The notes: generated from the sequence alone by a model not told the origin. A stretch of DNA of 64,000 nucleotides from Limisphaerales bacterium (GCA_965657355.1 CBFHOE010000003.1:106220-170219), one strand, 5' to 3'. Counted from the first letter of the stretch, positions 48,785 through 58,875 are shown. Translations and numbers: made by a program.

Positions 48785-51700
48785 ATGAAGGATCCCATTC
48801 AATCTTTAGAGCTACCAGTAGAACTGGATAAGCAATTCAGTGGATTGCGGTTACGGCTCCTGAAAGTATTTTCATTTCAGGCGGTCATCTCAGTTTTTGG
48901 AGCGCTTGTTGTTTCGTATATTCTTCTCTGGGTATCTGATAGGTTATGGAATACACCAAAGGAATTCCGAATAGGCCTTTGGGGTGGCTTCTTTTTTCTT
49001 TCCTACACCCAGTGGGTTATTTTTCAGGATAAAGGACTTCGCCAGGGTAACGATTACATGCGGATGGCGAAAACCGTTCAAAGAAAATTCAAGATACTCG
49101 GAAGTCGATTATCCGGAATACTTGAATTATCTGATCCCGAAAAACGGCCAGCAGGGTATTCGACTGATCTCTATAAAGCTGCGATAAAACAAGTTTCAGA
49201 CGAGGCGTCCGGTTATGATTTTGAAAGTGCTGTGCAAACTGGTAGTAGAATTAAATTGGCTCAGCTTTTCACAGCAGCATTAGGGCTGTTTTTGTTATTA
49301 GTCATTCTCTTTCCCAAATCCATACAACCGACTTTTCATCGGCTCCTCGTTCCCTGGTCAGATTCTGAGCGTTTCAGTATGGTCGAAGTTGACCGTTTAC
49401 CCGAGAGGCTTTACGTCCCTCATGGTGAAGAATTCGAAATAACCGGAGATGTTACTTTTCATTCCTTTTGGAAGCCAAGAGTTGTTGATTTCTCAATTCG
49501 CGGGGCTTTTGAAAAATCAAATTCATTCTCGGGCAATAATTTTTCATTCTCTGTTCCCGGTTGTATTGAAAAGAGTGATTTATTAGTCACTATAGGAGAT
49601 GCATCGAAATCAATATCTGTAATCCCGGTCTACCGACCTGGCCTCGAGGATTTGGAAATATCTATTAATTACCCTGAGTATTTGGGCTACGAACAAACTG
49701 TCAACTCTGGGACTTCAGGGTTCCTTTCCTTGCTCAGCGGCTCTGATCTTCAATTGTCAGGCAAGATTTCAAGAGAAATTAAGTCGGCCGAAATTGATTC
49801 AGGATCCGGACGCTGGACCAGCTTATCTACTTTCACAAATCAATTTGATTCACCTTCTTATACATTAAACACAAACACCGTTTTTTCTGTAAAATGGACA
49901 GATAAATATGGATTCGAAGCGACAGCTCCATGGCAGCTCAACGTTGAAATTTTTAATGACACTCCACCTACTTTGTCGATTAGAGATATAGTTCCTCAAG
50001 GAGCCTACCTCGAAACTGAGATTATTCCTGCTGTAATTAATGCAATGGATGATTTCGGAATCGCAGAAACAGGTTTGTCTTGGAGACAGATTCAAGAATC
50101 AAACTCAGACGAAAATAAAGATATCCCAAGTGGAAGCTTCTCAAGGAAAAGAGATCAGTTTAATTCCGTTGCCGTGGAAGAAAACTTTGGATTCAGTCCG
50201 AAGCTTCTAGGCTTACCTCCAGATTCTGTATTAGAGGTTCGAGGATACGCAAAGGATTACCGCCCTGGATCTGATCCCGTCTATACCGAACCCATACAGC
50301 TCCTCATTGTCAGCATTGACAGGCACGCAGAATTGCTTCGTCAGAATTTAGAAAACGTACTTACTCAAGCAGAGGATATTTTGCGGGCTGAGGAAAATAT
50401 TTCTGAGCTGAACAAAATGGCACTTGAAGACCTTGCCCTAAATACCCCACTTGAAGATCTGAAAGATCAGATCGAAGCAAATGCCGACCTTCAAAAACTC
50501 AACGCTAAAGACATGGAGAGACTAGCTGAAATGGGACAGCAACTTCTCAGAGAAGCCATGAGAAATCCGGCATTCAAACCTCAGGCAATAGAGGATTGGA
50601 ATCAGACGCTACAACAAATGCAATCCATTTCCCAAAAACAGATGCCTAAAACCTCTCAACAGATGCAACAGGCATCCAGTCAGCCCAGCCAGCAAGAAGC
50701 AAAAGAGGAGTTGGATAAAGCACAAGAAATGATTGACGAAATACTCAAAGACCTTGAGGAACTCCAGGAAGACATTAACCAGGGATTGGACGACTTACAG
50801 GCAATGACACTCGCTCAGAGATTGAGGGCAATAGGTGAAAAGCAGATGGAAATTATCGATGTTCTAAAAACATCTGTGGCACGGACTATAGGACTTAACA
50901 TAGAAGAGCTTTCCTCAAAGTTCGTGAAATCGAATAAATACGCAGCTGATGACCAGACCAGCCTCTCTCAGACAACAGAGGAATTAATGCAGGAAATTGG
51001 TAGGTTTGCAGAAAGAACAAAATTAAAACCTTATGAAGTTGTCAGCAAGGCTATGAAGGAGCAGTCTCCTGCCGAGGCCCTCGATGGAATTTCAAATAGT
51101 ATCAACAAAAATATTCTTGCTCAGGCCATGACGCAGCAAAGTGATTGGGCAGACAAATTCGAGGAATGGGCTGAGGTGCTCGAGCCAAAAGCAAACGATC
51201 GTGACAATAGTAGTCAGGAGGATCAAAAGCCGCCTGGAGAACAGGAGGAAAATCAAAACAAAGCTCTCATGGAAATGCTCATTAATCTTTTGAGGATGAG
51301 AGAAAAAGAAATTGATATCCAACTACAAACTCGACTTCTCAATGACGGCGGAGTTGAGAAGAATGAAATATCCGAACCTGCTGGTCGACTTTCTTCAGAG
51401 CAATTGAAACTCATGGCAGAATTGGATGATATGTCGCAATCGAACCCAATTATCTCGCTGGCCCCAGTTATGAAAGAAGGATCAGATTTGATGCTGCAAG
51501 TGTCAACTTTACTTGGTGAACCTCGAGTAGATTCAGCGACGGATCTAAAGCAGGCTGATACTGTGAATGCCTTGACTGACGCCATTAATATTATTAATGA
51601 AGCGGTTAACAATAAACCTAAGCCGAAATCCCAGAAGCAGCAGCAAGCCCAACAGGCTTCAGCGCAACAAATGGCCTTCTTGATGCAAATGATGTCACAG

Positions 51701-51916
51701 GCCCCCGTCCCTGGGCAAATGCCAGGAACTCAAGGAAACCCAAATGGTGGGGATCCACCGGCTGGCAGTCCTGACAGTGTTACTGGAAATGTTGCAGGAA
51801 ATGCGCCCGAAGAAAGAAAAGTTGACCGGGCCTCAGGGTCCTTATCAGAAATGCCGTCTGAATTTCGGCCTATGCTTGAGGAGTATTTTAAATTGCTTGA
51901 AAAAATCCAACAATGA
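48785..51916 (+). CDS. DUF4175-like membrane protein with long Gln/Glu-rich coiled coil
   Basis: Three N-terminal TM segments, DDFGI motif, Q-rich tail, C-terminal PSEFRPMLEEYF. Confidence 0.7.
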   Translation: MKDPIQSLELPVELDKQFSGLRLRLLKVFSFQAVISVFGALVVSYILLWVSDRLWNTPKEFRIGLWGGFFFLSYTQWVIFQDKGLRQGNDYMRMAKTVQRKFKILGSRLSGILELSDPEKRPAGYSTDLYKAAIKQVSDEASGYDFESAVQTGSRIKLAQLFTAALGLFLLLVILFPKSIQPTFHRLLVPWSDSERFSMVEVDRLPERLYVPHGEEFEITGDVTFHSFWKPRVVDFSIRGAFEKSNSFSGNNFSFSVPGCIEKSDLLVTIGDASKSISVIPVYRPGLEDLEISINYPEYLGYEQTVNSGTSGFLSLLSGSDLQLSGKISREIKSAEIDSGSGRWTSLSTFTNQFDSPSYTLNTNTVFSVKWTDKYGFEATAPWQLNVEIFNDTPPTLSIRDIVPQGAYLETEIIPAVINAMDDFGIAETGLSWRQIQESNSDENKDIPSGSFSRKRDQFNSVAVEENFGFSPKLLGLPPDSVLEVRGYAKDYRPGSDPVYTEPIQLLIVSIDRHAELLRQNLENVLTQAEDILRAEENISELNKMALEDLALNTPLEDLKDQIEANADLQKLNAKDMERLAEMGQQLLREAMRNPAFKPQAIEDWNQTLQQMQSISQKQMPKTSQQMQQASSQPSQQEAKEELDKAQEMIDEILKDLEELQEDINQGLDDLQAMTLAQRLRAIGEKQMEIIDVLKTSVARTIGLNIEELSSKFVKSNKYAADDQTSLSQTTEELMQEIGRFAERTKLKPYEVVSKAMKEQSPAEALDGISNSINKNILAQAMTQQSDWADKFEEWAEVLEPKANDRDNSSQEDQKPPGEQEENQNKALMEMLINLLRMREKEIDIQLQTRLLNDGGVEKNEISEPAGRLSSEQLKLMAELDDMSQSNPIISLAPVMKEGSDLMLQVSTLLGEPRVDSATDLKQADTVNALTDAINIINEAVNNKPKPKSQKQQQAQQASAQQMAFLMQMMSQAPVPGQMPGTQGNPNGGDPPAGSPDSVTGNVAGNAPEERKVDRASGSLSEMPSEFRPMLEEYFKLLEKIQQ

Positions 51917-52941
51917 TTCGATCACTCACCAGATATTCTCGATTACGTGAACGCTTTATTACCCTTGGAGCCTTTTTAGTATTGGTCACTTCAAGTCCTA
52001 AACTGGTCTCACAAGAATTATTTGAAGGCCAACCTAATGGTTTGCCCACAGTCGTAGAAAGTATTTATGTAAAAGGTCTGAATTTTTTAGTCAAAAACCA
52101 GACTGAAGATGGTAGTTGGCCAGGTATAAATTACGGTGGTAATCCTGGGGTGGTCGGGCTCGCTGTTATTGCCATGTTGGCCCACGGCGACAATCCTAAT
52201 TGGGGCCCATATGCCTTAAACATACACCGTGGAATCGATTTTATTTTAGACAATGCGAATTCAAAAACCGGTTACATTGGAACGAGTATGTATAATCACG
52301 GATTTGCAACTCTTTGCCTTGCCGAAGCCTATGGTGAGGTCGATGATCCGCGACTAGGCCCTGCTCTTAAAAAAGCTGTCGAGTGCCTCTTGGATAGTCA
52401 AAAGCAAAATCCACGTGGAGCCTGGAGGTATTCACCAAGTAGTAAAGATGCAGATACAACTGTCAGCGGTGCCCAAATGGTTGCCTTAATCGCGGCTCGA
52501 AACGCTGGGATTGCTGTGCCTGAAGAAGCCATTAAAAAAGGGTTGAGGTATTTTCGTGATTGCCAGCATGAGTCGGGGGGTATCGGATATACATCTAGCA
52601 ACTCTCCAAATGCTCCAAGGACGGCTATTGCCTGTCTCGTCTTTTCTTTGGCTAAGGAGCAAGATAGCCAGGAGTATAAAAATGCCTGGTCTTATTTAAG
52701 TAGCCAGCCTTATGAACAAAGTTCATATAAATTCTATTTCCTATATTATGCTTCACAAGCGTATTTTAGAAATTCTCCCCAGAGCTGGGAAAGATTTAAT
52801 ACCCAAAATATTAATTACCTACTAGAGGCGCAAAACGACGATGGAAGTTGGAACGGCCAGTTTGGTTCCGTATTCACGACTTCGGCTAGTTTGTTGTCGT
52901 TGGCTTTGAATTACAGATATTTGCCGATATATGAAAGATAA
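51913..52941 (+). CDS. Prenyltransferase/squalene-oxidase (QW) repeat protein
   Basis: QTEDGSW, GAWRY, QHESGG, QNDDGSW repeats; MYNHGFATLCLAE. Confidence 0.85.
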   Translation: MIRSLTRYSRLRERFITLGAFLVLVTSSPKLVSQELFEGQPNGLPTVVESIYVKGLNFLVKNQTEDGSWPGINYGGNPGVVGLAVIAMLAHGDNPNWGPYALNIHRGIDFILDNANSKTGYIGTSMYNHGFATLCLAEAYGEVDDPRLGPALKKAVECLLDSQKQNPRGAWRYSPSSKDADTTVSGAQMVALIAARNAGIAVPEEAIKKGLRYFRDCQHESGGIGYTSSNSPNAPRTAIACLVFSLAKEQDSQEYKNAWSYLSSQPYEQSSYKFYFLYYASQAYFRNSPQSWERFNTQNINYLLEAQNDDGSWNGQFGSVFTTSASLLSLALNYRYLPIYER

Positions 52942-54394
52942 GCTGGAGCATTACGATCACTTATTCCGGTTCCTCAAGTGCAGTATTCGCTGCATTTTAA
53001 TGCAGACGTGGGTAACCACGTTTTTATTGTCAATGTTTGGAACTGGCTCTGTTTATGCTGCTGATCTCCTGCAACTTGTCGATGGATCTTCACTTCAGGG
53101 CGAATTCGTCCAGATAAATGACGGCAACATACAAATAAAGCATCAATTCATTCAGAATGACATCAATTTTAAATCCGATCGTGTAGAATGGCTGAGATTT
53201 GGCCATATGATAGATCAGGAGCCTCAGCTCGAACCTTCTGCATATTTTAGATTCGCTAATGATGATCATGTATATGGTCAGTTGGTAAAAATGGATGAAA
53301 AAAATGTAGTTATTCGAGCGGTCACCGGAGATATTCTCACTGCGGAAAAGAAATTTTTGAAATCAGTTACTCATCTGCCTGATGGTTATCGCCTATTATA
53401 TGAAGGGCCCATGGGAAATGATTCTTGGAGGATGACAAGAAGGGCTTCAAATTTTTCATCATCCACCTTAAGCCAAAAACAGCCAGGTTGGCGTTTTAGG
53501 AACGGGATTTTTGTCGCAGAGGGGCCTGGGCTTTTGGGCAGATCCTTTCCATTAAAAGACACTGTTTATATTGAATTTGATCTCAATTGGATTGGTTTTT
53601 TTAGCCTTTACCTAGGTTTATTCAGTGATAGTGCGGACACCTATGATTACAGGTCGCAATCCTACAGACTCACACTAAGTCCAGCATCCGCCGCGGTACA
53701 AAAAATACAACCCAACATGCGGCTTTTTGAATTCGGAAGAATTCGATTTCCAGATATGCAGGAATCCAGCATGGTCAGCTTGGGATTGTTGGTCAATAGA
53801 GTTGAGAACACGATCACCCTTTTTAAGGATGGCAAGGTTATTAAAGAGTTTAAAGAAAAACAAAATAGTATTCCTTCCGGAAATGGGATCGTATTTTCAT
53901 CCAATTCCACAGGCCCTTACCTAAAGCTAACAAGGCTGCATATCTCGACTTGGAGTGGCGATCAGCCATTTTTTTCTCCGACATCAAAGAAAATTGAATC
54001 AGATATTTTATTTTTGAAAAATTCAGACCTGGTCCAGGGCAAGATAGATGCTGTCAGTAACAAATCAGTATCCGTGACAACCCCCTTTTTCAAAGCTGGC
54101 ATTCCATCCGATAGAATCATTCATTACGCATTTGCTGATGTGGCCGAAGAAAGTGATATTTTAAATTCTTCATCATTTATCCGGGCTTCATTATTTGGGG
54201 GAGGGAAAATTACCTTTAATCTGAATAGTTGGGATGAAGGAAAAGTTCTTGGCGCTTCTCCTGTCTTTGGCGACTTATCTTTTAAAAGTGACCTTGTTAG
54301 GCAGGTCGTTTTTAGCCTCGAAGATAAATCTAATCAATTTGACTTCGGAGATGGATTTCAAGAAGTCATTTGGGATGACCCGGAAAAGAATTGA
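52931..54394 (+). CDS. Exported hypothetical beta-rich protein
   Basis: 487-aa ORF, repeated D-x-L/F-x-x-x-(D/N)-x-D-x-x-x-G modules, in operon. Confidence 0.7.
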   Translation: MKDKLEHYDHLFRFLKCSIRCILMQTWVTTFLLSMFGTGSVYAADLLQLVDGSSLQGEFVQINDGNIQIKHQFIQNDINFKSDRVEWLRFGHMIDQEPQLEPSAYFRFANDDHVYGQLVKMDEKNVVIRAVTGDILTAEKKFLKSVTHLPDGYRLLYEGPMGNDSWRMTRRASNFSSSTLSQKQPGWRFRNGIFVAEGPGLLGRSFPLKDTVYIEFDLNWIGFFSLYLGLFSDSADTYDYRSQSYRLTLSPASAAVQKIQPNMRLFEFGRIRFPDMQESSMVSLGLLVNRVENTITLFKDGKVIKEFKEKQNSIPSGNGIVFSSNSTGPYLKLTRLHISTWSGDQPFFSPTSKKIESDILFLKNSDLVQGKIDAVSNKSVSVTTPFFKAGIPSDRIIHYAFADVAEESDILNSSSFIRASLFGGGKITFNLNSWDEGKVLGASPVFGDLSFKSDLVRQVVFSLEDKSNQFDFGDGFQEVIWDDPEKN

Positions 54395-54409
54395 AACAAT
54401 AGCTAAATT

Positions 54410-56041
54410 ATGAGCTTCCGAACCGTTCATATTCATATTCATATAAATAATCTTACTGCATTATTCCTTATTTATTCTGGAGTATTATTTTTCTTTGAAA
54501 GCCAAAACTTACTTGGGCAAGAAATACGGACACCCATTGGGGGAAATAAAGCATTAATCTTTCCCTCTGATAATCTTCAAGATATTGAGGACCAAAATGA
54601 GCAAAATCTCGAGCTTGAATTGGAGGTGGCTTCGGAGTTACCAAGACTGGGAGGCGGGCAGAACAAAGATTTTTGGGGCGACTTATCTCTCATGCCCAAA
54701 CCTATTCCAATTCAAAATCATAAAGATGTAATTTCATTTGCAAATGGCGATTTTATAGCTGGGCAGCTTTCATACTGGGATGTCGAATCAAAGAAAATAG
54801 AATGGATCTACCCGGGTTCAAATAACTCTTTTTTTGTGAAAGCGGATTTTGTATCCCGTTTGATGTTGGAACCAAAAGTGAGTGGCGAACTCTATCCGGA
54901 AAAATCAGTTGCGTCACAAACCTATACAGGACCAGCAAGGTGGCAATTTTTTCTAACCTCCGGAGAGATCATCCATGGAAAAATCGAGAAATTAGATAAC
55001 GGTAAACTGAATATACAGAGCGATTTACTTGGAGCTTTAAGTGTCCCGGTTCCTTTTATTAAATCTATTCATCCTGACTTTTCACAAGCCCCGGTTTTGT
55101 ATCGTGGCCCTACTCCAATAAGTGATTGGACAAGTGGGAATGTGCGCTTGGAAAGTGGAGATGGAGGGGCTTGGCGCTACAACAAAAAGGCCTTTTATGC
55201 AACTAAAGCGGCATCTATAGCAAGGCGAGTGGACTTACCCCCTTTGTCGTCTATCGAAGTTGACGTGGCATGGAAGGGGACATTAAATTTTGCTCTAGCG
55301 CTCTACACCGACCATCTCCAACCAATACGTTTGGCGGATAAAGAAAATGAGCCGGATTTTGGGCCTTTTTACAGTCTTCAGATAGGCTCCCAATCAGCTC
55401 GTTTGCAGGCCATTAATAAGAGCGACCCTGACAGACCCTTGGGTTATGCATTTATTCCAACCCTCAACCAGAAAACCCAAGCTAAATTTACTATTCTAAC
55501 AGATTCAAGAACGGCTTCCGTCTCATTACTTGTCGACGATAAAAGGGTACACACTTGGAGGGATACTCAAGGCTTCTTTGCTAAAGGGAAATGCATACGC
55601 TTAGTTCACCAAGGAATGGGTAGTATAAGGGTTGGTAGTTTTGTTGTTCGAAAATGGAATGGTATCATCAGTTCGTCCGGAAAAAATGCACAACAATACA
55701 GAAACGATGTTGTCCAACTGCGCTCCGGTGGTAATCAAAAGGGAAAGATACAATCTATTAGCGGGGATGTAATTAACCTTATTTTACTCAATGGGAATCC
55801 AATAAAGATACCTTTTTCACAAGTGCATTCCCTCCACTTCCAAGCGACCTCATGGAAAAAGCCTTCTTCAAACAATGTCGATTCAACAATAGATTTTTAT
55901 AGTTCTGAACGATTAAATATCAAACTGGCACGTATTGATGCAAGTGGTATATTTTTTGAACATGCGGTTTTTGGGAAGCAACACATTTCAACGCCAACAC
56001 AGCTTAAAATAGTGACTCCTTCTCAACTAGGAGTGCAGTAG
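54410..56041 (+). CDS. Exported hypothetical beta-rich protein, paralogue-like to the upstream gene
   Basis: 543-aa ORF with the same module order (LYxGP, GW/AW-R-(F/Y), IE(F/V)DxxWxG). Confidence 0.7.
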   Translation: MSFRTVHIHIHINNLTALFLIYSGVLFFFESQNLLGQEIRTPIGGNKALIFPSDNLQDIEDQNEQNLELELEVASELPRLGGGQNKDFWGDLSLMPKPIPIQNHKDVISFANGDFIAGQLSYWDVESKKIEWIYPGSNNSFFVKADFVSRLMLEPKVSGELYPEKSVASQTYTGPARWQFFLTSGEIIHGKIEKLDNGKLNIQSDLLGALSVPVPFIKSIHPDFSQAPVLYRGPTPISDWTSGNVRLESGDGGAWRYNKKAFYATKAASIARRVDLPPLSSIEVDVAWKGTLNFALALYTDHLQPIRLADKENEPDFGPFYSLQIGSQSARLQAINKSDPDRPLGYAFIPTLNQKTQAKFTILTDSRTASVSLLVDDKRVHTWRDTQGFFAKGKCIRLVHQGMGSIRVGSFVVRKWNGIISSSGKNAQQYRNDVVQLRSGGNQKGKIQSISGDVINLILLNGNPIKIPFSQVHSLHFQATSWKKPSSNNVDSTIDFYSSERLNIKLARIDASGIFFEHAVFGKQHISTPTQLKIVTPSQLGVQ

Positions 56042-56205
56042 ATTATCTATGAAAAAGGATGTAATGGAGAAAAAGGCGACTTCTGTCATGTCGCTATTTT
56101 TAGGGGCATTGTTTTCTATTACCTGCTATCCGCTGCTTAAAGCTGAGGTAGTTTCCGTTTTAACATACAATATTCACCACGGGGTTATCCCAATTTTAGG
56201 ACCAG

Positions 56206-56424
56206 ATGAAGAAACTTGTATTTGTAAATCGTAAAGGCGGAGTTGGTAAAACCAGTTTGGCTCTACTAACTGGATTATGGATTCAGTAAAAGTTTCCACG
56301 AAACAACCAAGTTTTTTGGGAAGATGGTGATTTACCACAGGGATCTTTGTCCAAATCTCTCGAAAATTTTGGGATTGATATCAATAATCAGTCTGAAAGC
56401 CCAGCCACTGCTGATTATTGGATT
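56206..56424 (+). pseudogene. ParA/Soj family ATPase N-terminal remnant
   Basis: AGGA RBS, MKKLVFVNRKGGVGKTSLAL (deviant Walker A), in-frame TAA at 56287, then DGDLPQGSLS (DxDPQ-like) and ADYWI. Confidence 0.75.
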
Positions 56425-56510
56425 CACGGCCCGGAACACCATAACTCACCGCACGTTCATGGCGTGAATCAGAATGGTGAGGAAATTATTGTTACCTACC
56501 CGGAGGGTTT

Positions 56511-57134
56511 ATGAGCTCGGTATTTCAATGTCCATCATGTCCACGAACTCTGGAGTTCTTCACGGATGGGGCGTCCTCGAGCTTCGGAGCTTGGACTGAA
56601 ATTGTCTATCAGACGAAAGAGGGAAGAGTGGGTTTTGAGATTGATCAACTGGGTCAAAAATTTATCAGCGAACTCTTAAAGGGGGCGTGGGCATTGAATC
56701 GAGACACGCGTCTGTTTTATAAGGTTGATTGTAAAACTATAAATTTTCACAACTTGCAAAACGCAGCGGCTATTGTCGTGATCCGTCCAGAAACGGAAAT
56801 ACTTGCTGCATTCGATTCGTTGGCCAGCTTCCAAGCAAATGAGAAGCTGAATGCGTTGAGGACTCGCCTGGGTAGAGATCCTGTGATCATTGAAGAGCCT
56901 GAGCTGTGTTGTTGCACGAGTGTCGAGTCGAGGAAAGTGGTTGAGCAATGCTTAGATACGATCATTGGGAAATGCGATGCGTCCCTTTTATTGCGGGCAA
57001 GTTATTATGGACTTACGGGGGCACTGTTTTCGCAGTCGCCGGAAGAACTCAGTTCACTGATTGCTCGTGCGTCATCATCGACTGGGCTTGAAGTCGTGAC
57101 TGTGGAGCACCATGAAGAGTTGCCCTGTTGGTAG
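56511..57134 (+). CDS. Hypothetical protein (possible immunity-type protein)
   Basis: 207-aa ORF, visibly GC-richer than flanks, ATGA-coupled to an upstream fragment. Confidence 0.6.
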   Translation: MSSVFQCPSCPRTLEFFTDGASSSFGAWTEIVYQTKEGRVGFEIDQLGQKFISELLKGAWALNRDTRLFYKVDCKTINFHNLQNAAAIVVIRPETEILAAFDSLASFQANEKLNALRTRLGRDPVIIEEPELCCCTSVESRKVVEQCLDTIIGKCDASLLLRASYYGLTGALFSQSPEELSSLIARASSSTGLEVVTVEHHEELPCW

Positions 57135-57222
57135 CGTCGCACGCTGTCGCCGAAACAGCGGCCACCCAAGCCGTCCTGCAAAAGAATGGTTTAAATTTGT
57201 TACTAAAGTTAAAATATTTTTA

Positions 57223-57588
57223 ATGCCATTTATTGTAAGATATGCAGTTACAGTTTCTTTTATCTTTCTTTCGGGATGCGCTGCTTTTTCTACTATGGTA
57301 GATCCGGAAAGGAATCTAAAAATTCCGAGTTATCAATCTATAACATACACTGATTCTATTAAATTAATGAATCAAGGCGATATTCAAGAGGTCCTAGGCT
57401 ATTATAGTCAAACACATTTACTTCTTAAGATTCAAAACGCTCCTTCTGTTACCCTTGATAGAAATCATGAGGCCGATTTTCTGGAGGCGGCAAAAATGTA
57501 TAACTTGAAGAATAATAATAAGATAAAATTTGATTTTTTTATCCAAAAATCAATTAAACATGAAGCTTCCTACATTTATCCTCGTTAG
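57223..57588 (+). CDS. Putative lipoprotein
   Basis: MPFIVRYAVTVSFIFLSGC lipobox from ATG 57223. Confidence 0.55.
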   Translation: MPFIVRYAVTVSFIFLSGCAAFSTMVDPERNLKIPSYQSITYTDSIKLMNQGDIQEVLGYYSQTHLLLKIQNAPSVTLDRNHEADFLEAAKMYNLKNNNKIKFDFFIQKSIKHEASYIYPR

Positions 57589-58875
57589 CTTAATTATTGT
57601 AATTGTCTTAATAGGGTCTAACTATCCAAAGGTACCTAAAGTTCCATAGGTCTCCAATAACTGGGTTGAAACAGCTTTAAAAGTTGGATTGGTGAGCATT
57701 TGGGAACAACTAAAGCGTATTTGGAGGGTTTGATAGTGAGAAGAGATGATTCAAGATTCAGAAACAATTAAATCACCAACAAAAACCTAATGGCCCTAAA
57801 CTATGCCATTTCCAAGGAAAAACAGGCAAATAAAGGAACTTTTCTTGTCTTAAGAAATGAGCGGCATGGATGGGAAAGTTGATTTTCGCAGAATTGCTAA
57901 TGTTATTATTGAAAGTAATGCCGACATAGTTTGCCTCCAAGAAGTTGACAGAAGCACGACCCGGGTTGCCGGAGTCGACTCTTTGCATCTTTTATCTAAT
58001 TACACTGTAATGACTTTCGTTTTTGGGAAAAACTTAGATTTTCAAGGCGGTGGGTATGGTAATGCCATTTTGTCGAGTTTGCCCATTTTAGACCACACGA
58101 ATAGGCATCTCAAAAAACTCAGTGATGGAGAACAAAGAGGTGTAATCACAGCTAGGGTATAGCTAAATAACGGGTTGGATCTCACAATAAGTAATACGCA
58201 CTTGGATCATCGAAGCGACCCAAAAGAAAGACTTCATAGCATAAAACAAATTCAAGATTTGTCCTCAAAGCGAAAAAACTCAGCTGCTCTTCTTGTCGGT
58301 GATTTCAATACTTCCCCGAATAAGCAGGCTTTTCAGCTGTTAAACAGCCTTTGGATAGACGCTTGGGCGCAATTATATCCAGATAAACCTGGATACACTA
58401 TCCCTAGCACAAAGCCAAAACGCAGAATTGATGGGCAATTCATTATTGCTGGATCTGATGATCTGGTTCCCTTTCAGGCAAAAGTGATAAGAACGGAAGC
58501 CTCGGACCATCTCCCACTTCTTATTTCGTATAGAATCTCTAAAAATTAAGTTGTTAGTCATTCGCAATGTCACTCAGACCAACAATGATGATAATTTTGT
58601 GGCTTTAAAATCCCCTTTAGCTATGGCTAGCATCATATTTTAGAGAGATTGATTTGGCCAAGGATTTCGTCGATTTTGATCTCTCCTCGATTTTTTAAGA
58701 ACTGATCTATCATGTAAATCTAATATCGCCTTCGCGTATGAGTCCGTCGATTTAGAATTTAAATACACCATCTTGATCGTTTCATTCCGGCATAGTCGGG
58801 CAGAAAAAACTGAAATTTTTTGAATGAACTTGCTTTCGCTCGCATCCAAAAATCACTGCCAAACTGAAAATCAAA

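Larger units (their letters stand above)
56184..57859. mobile_element. 1676-bp foreign insert (degraded plasmid/phage/island remnant)
   Basis: Defined by the split EEP motif; contains a ParA remnant and unrelated ORFs; no transposase, TIR or TSD seen. Confidence 0.7.
56049..58549 (+). pseudogene. Endonuclease/exonuclease/phosphatase (EEP) family gene interrupted by an insert and carrying an in-frame TAG
   Basis: 5' part ends TYNIHHG at 56183; 3' part resumes xGMDGKVD at about 57860 with QEVD, YGNAILS, NTHLDH, GDFN, RID, SDHLP; TAG at 58160-58162 in frame. Confidence 0.88.

Noticed and set aside
51913..52941. Squalene-hopene cyclase call
   Set aside because: Too short (342 aa), appears exported and lacks the DxDD motif; only QW repeats
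56184..57859. Insert as group I/II intron or IS element
   Set aside because: No GUGYG 5' end, no RT/homing nuclease/transposase, no terminal inverted repeats or target duplication visible
58160..58162. In-frame TAG as possible pyrrolysine or readthrough
   Set aside because: Not at a catalytic position, gene already disrupted, no pyl genes seen, TAG ends other genes here
58640..58849. 69-aa minus-strand ORF
   Set aside because: TTG start, no motifs, lies in the probable promoter region of the next gene
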